This document shows, one piece after another, positions 60,804 to 64,000 of a stretch of DNA of 64,000 nucleotides. The position numbers and the translations under genes are program-made. The notes beneath the pieces are model-generated. The model saw only the letters and a list, made by a program, of their open reading frames with translations. It was not told the origin of the DNA and did not search any database. The first letter of the stretch is position 1; the number at the start of each line of letters is the position of its first letter. The stretch comes from Perkinsela sp. CCAP 1560/9 (Eukaryota; Protista; Euglenozoa: Kinetoplastea): positions 62,001 to 126,000 of the forward strand of contig CBFFSA010000006.1 in assembly GCA_965644495.1 (NCBI GenBank), in the 5' to 3' direction.

Positions 60804-62114
60804 ATGTCTACTAGAAGATCAATTCTCAAGAGGCGTCATCATCCTGATGAGACAAATAAACAGCGAAAGGAAATATCTTCTCATCCGACAGAGATAACAC
60901 AAACAAATCACGTACGAACCGACCCAGACGCTTTTCAGGACGCAAACCAAAAATCAATGTTACTCTCCGCAGGCACTTACGAGGGCACGTTACATTGCTG
61001 GAAGATCAATCTCACCCAAGCGACGTCCCCCAGCGCAGCCCTAAGTGTATCGGTTACACCTTACTTCAACGCAGCCCACCACGCGGGACAGGTACGAGCC
61101 ACGTGTTCGTGGGTAACCTCAGCCTACATCATCTCCGGTGGGGCTGATGAGAAGCTTTTTATATACGACGGCCGGAGGCGGCGCGTCCTGGGAGATTTGT
61201 TGGTCAGCGGGGAGGTCACGTGCCTCCGATTAGTGGGCGCTGCCCCTCGTTCGTCGGAAGATGGGGTTTCAGTGAAGAAACCTACTCATTGTGTGGCTGC
61301 GACAACAAGGGGGCAGATTGTTACATGGAATGTGCCCGAATGGACCCCAATACTAGTAATTGATGCACACAAACGAGCGTGTCACTCCATTGCGCTCCAT
61401 CCACATGGGCTGTTGGGTATTAGCGTTGGAAGCGATCGGGTCATTTCCGTACTGGACTGGAACCGGGGATGTAAGGCACTTGAATTGAAACACAACCGTG
61501 TTCTACATGATTGCTCTTTTTCACCAAAAAGTGGGGAGCACTACGCTGTTTCGTCGCGTGACAGTGATGCTATCGATGTCTTCGATACCTCGAATTGTTT
61601 GCTGCGCAGTACTTTCCGATTGCGGAATGTGTGCCAAGGAAACGAACAGTGTAAAAGAGAAGAGATCATCGATCCGGTTTTATCTGTAACCTTTGTCGAT
61701 GAAAGATACCTTTTGTGTTCAATGTCACGTGGTGATCTGGTTCTGTGGGACATGCGGGATAGGCAAGCAGCACGCCGCATTCACATTTTGCAAGAAATAG
61801 TGTCTTGCTCTGAATCGGTTAATGAAGATACAAAGCTATCTCGATCTAAAGTAATAGATCGAGCTCACACCTCAGTGAGATGTCGTGATACTGCAGTAAA
61901 TATCCTTTCGAATCCCCTAACAATATCATCCAAGGCGGAAACTACGAAACGTACGTTAGTTGCAATTGTTTCTGTTGTTACCAGTTGTGGACTTTTTATT
62001 GTGTGGGGGTTAACCAGACAATGTTCCTTAGACGGGATATACTTTCTTCCAATTTATAAATCACAGAATCTTGACATGCGTTTTACATGTGCTACATCTT
62101 CTTTTCTGGAATAA
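60804..62114 (+). CDS. MAK11: WD40 ribosome-biogenesis factor, Mak11/PAK1IP1-like
   Basis: AGTYE, ISGGADEKLFIYD, AHK....IALHPHGLLGISVGSDR...DWNRG. Confidence 0.78.
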   Translation: MSTRRSILKRRHHPDETNKQRKEISSHPTEITQTNHVRTDPDAFQDANQKSMLLSAGTYEGTLHCWKINLTQATSPSAALSVSVTPYFNAAHHAGQVRATCSWVTSAYIISGGADEKLFIYDGRRRRVLGDLLVSGEVTCLRLVGAAPRSSEDGVSVKKPTHCVAATTRGQIVTWNVPEWTPILVIDAHKRACHSIALHPHGLLGISVGSDRVISVLDWNRGCKALELKHNRVLHDCSFSPKSGEHYAVSSRDSDAIDVFDTSNCLLRSTFRLRNVCQGNEQCKREEIIDPVLSVTFVDERYLLCSMSRGDLVLWDMRDRQAARRIHILQEIVSCSESVNEDTKLSRSKVIDRAHTSVRCRDTAVNILSNPLTISSKAETTKRTLVAIVSVVTSCGLFIVWGLTRQCSLDGIYFLPIYKSQNLDMRFTCATSSFLE

Positions 62115-62447
62115 AATGAACTCCACAAAAAGTAGTCAAATATTTTAAAAGTTCAATCTACTTTAATTGGGTCAATACCAAGTGGTCAATCTAGCGAATA
62201 TTATACAGTAGTTTCGGCGACTGCTTACAGAAGTTTTGCGCAGCAATGAAGCAGCAAAATTGCTGCGTTGTTTTACTACTAATGACTTCAGGAAAAAAAT
62301 CGGGACTGAAAATGCAAGTCAAGGATTATTCTTCTGAAAAGCAAATTCCGAATCGTTATGTTCACGTATCTACCTTTATACTTTTCGATCCACGTTCAGT
62401 TTATTTTTGTTCGTACAGGTACATTTTATGATTGGAATCAGTTTTTA

Positions 62448-63482
62448 ATGGAGACCTCTTTATCACCAGGAAAGGAGGACGATTTGCTCAATATCGAACT
62501 GAACCGACCCCATTTGCACCGAGACACGCATCATCCAAATGCTGAAGCTCAGGTGGTGACAGCGTTAAATCGAGGTTGGTCAGATATTAATCCATTGAAA
62601 TGGTTTAGCCTAACCGCCGCGTGGTCTTTTTTCTATAGTGGATGTGTGCATCCGATGTATTTTGCAAGCACCCATCGACAGATCTCTGATGCCTCAACTA
62701 ATGCCACATACAAAACTATATTGTCGCGCCAGTTTTGTGAGCATGGGATCCGTGGTGTTTATCGTGGCTTCTTTGCTTTATTTTTCGGAGCTTCGGTGTC
62801 CGAATGGCTTTATCTAGGCACTTTGGAAATATCAAAAGAAAAGCTCCCAATGAACTCGGAAATTGCACGCGATACTGTTAGTGGTGCACTCGCGGACGTG
62901 ATCTCACAACTACTTTACTGCCCGTTTGGTTTGATTGGAAACCGTCAAATGGCAGCGGGACATGGGATGTCAAGCTATCCATACATGTCGGTACCTCGAT
63001 ATTTTGTTCACATTGTCCGCACGGAAGGATGGCACGGCTTGTGGGTAGGACTCACCCCGAGCCTTCTTCTGGTTCCTAGCACAGGAATCTGGTGGGGAAT
63101 TTACGGTGCGACAAAGCGCTATCTCTACGCTCACAACTCCCTCCTCCTCTCCTGTTACGGATCCTACAAGTTCTACCTCCCGGAATCCTTCGTATCGGAC
63201 ACGGACAATATTGTGCACAACAGTATCGCAGGAGCTTTTGCAGGGCTTTGCGTCACAGGATTGGTAAACCCTGTGTGGGTAGTTCGCGCGCGAGTGCAGG
63301 TGATGCCGGAATGCGCGGAAAGAACACTGCGCCATGTAGCATGGGATGTGTGGCGGCAAAGTGGTGTACGCGGGTTTTATCGAGGAGCGGGAATGAACGC
63401 TTCTGTGTATGCTTTGGAAAGCGCATTATTCGGAACTTTATATGAATACCTAAAATACGTATCCCAGATTCGTGTTGATTAG
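62448..63482 (+). CDS. Mitochondrial carrier family protein (SLC25A44-like)
   Basis: Three repeats with GIRGVYRGF, GWHGLWVG and GVRGFYRG; degenerate PX(D/E)XX(K/R) motifs; N-terminal WSDI. Confidence 0.88.
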   Translation: METSLSPGKEDDLLNIELNRPHLHRDTHHPNAEAQVVTALNRGWSDINPLKWFSLTAAWSFFYSGCVHPMYFASTHRQISDASTNATYKTILSRQFCEHGIRGVYRGFFALFFGASVSEWLYLGTLEISKEKLPMNSEIARDTVSGALADVISQLLYCPFGLIGNRQMAAGHGMSSYPYMSVPRYFVHIVRTEGWHGLWVGLTPSLLLVPSTGIWWGIYGATKRYLYAHNSLLLSCYGSYKFYLPESFVSDTDNIVHNSIAGAFAGLCVTGLVNPVWVVRARVQVMPECAERTLRHVAWDVWRQSGVRGFYRGAGMNASVYALESALFGTLYEYLKYVSQIRVD

Positions 63483-63813
63483 CACGTTTCAAGGATGTTT
63501 AAACGGTTGTTTAATTGGACGCACTTAAACTACTACGGATTGCTTACGCTCGCATGATCGTACGCTTAGAATGACTTGCACAATAATTTTTTTCGGTCAT
63601 GTAAATGTCGCATGGGATGAGAAATCTGTTAAAACTTTCCTTAAAAATTTAGGAATTAGGGGGGTATCCCCATATATCTGAGAAAGAAATTAAAAATTAG
63701 AGTGGATCATATTTCGATGAAGTACGACGTGCCGTATATTTTAGAGTACCGAACAGGAACCCCTTGGCGTAATTCTTATAATTCGCATTCCTATTATGTT
63801 TTGCGCTATTATA

Positions 63814-63915
63814 AACCCCCGCTCACGAAAAGTAATCGCCCACTTTTTTTCGTGCAAGTGTCCGTTTGAGCTGATTTTTGTTGCGTTTTGCAGATCTCAA
63901 CGCAAAGATTTCGCT
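63814..63915 (-). mobile_element. Solo right end of the D35E Tc1 family
   Basis: Reverse-complement similarity to 53105-53213; a further remnant lies at about 36870-36940. Confidence 0.75.
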
Positions 63916-64000
63916 AAGTTGACTTTTTTGTAGTTTTCTTTTCAGAAAAAATTGAACTTGACAGCCCCGTCCTGTTGATACCAGGGGGAGTCGTCCCAGA

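Noticed and set aside
60235-60897. 220-aa ORF overlapping the start of MAK11
   Set aside because: It has no domain signal, spans intergenic-looking sequence next to a MITE and overlaps a well-supported gene in another frame.

Overview
This is eukaryotic nuclear DNA, most likely from a non-trypanosomatid kinetoplastid (inference). About 16 intronless host genes all lie on the + strand, as in a polycistronic cluster. They include PLAA/DOA1, IMP4, RNASEH2B, GalE, a PA26-type proteasome activator, MAK11, a DnaJ protein, carrier proteins, a TFIIE-alpha-like protein and a UBA/zinc-finger repeat protein. The intergenic space, especially about 23-53 kb, is a dense nest of mobile DNA: Tc1/IS630-type elements (a DD32E family and a DD35E family), Merlin, PIF/Harbinger, MITEs, CRE-like fragments and an RLE-type non-LTR retrotransposon. 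The main finding is a 6.9-kb tyrosine-recombinase (YR) retroelement at 41302-48230 with YR followed by RT-RNase H. It has no terminal repeats matching each other. Instead, a 5'-proximal internal segment (41722-41914) is the reverse complement of its own end-to-start circle junction. Both ends share a CTT core, and removing the element restores the interrupted reading frame. Satellite DNA sits where a gag ORF would be expected. A second theme is a Ulp1-like cysteine protease module present in four copies in different transposon contexts. All calls are by eye from motifs; no database searches were run.
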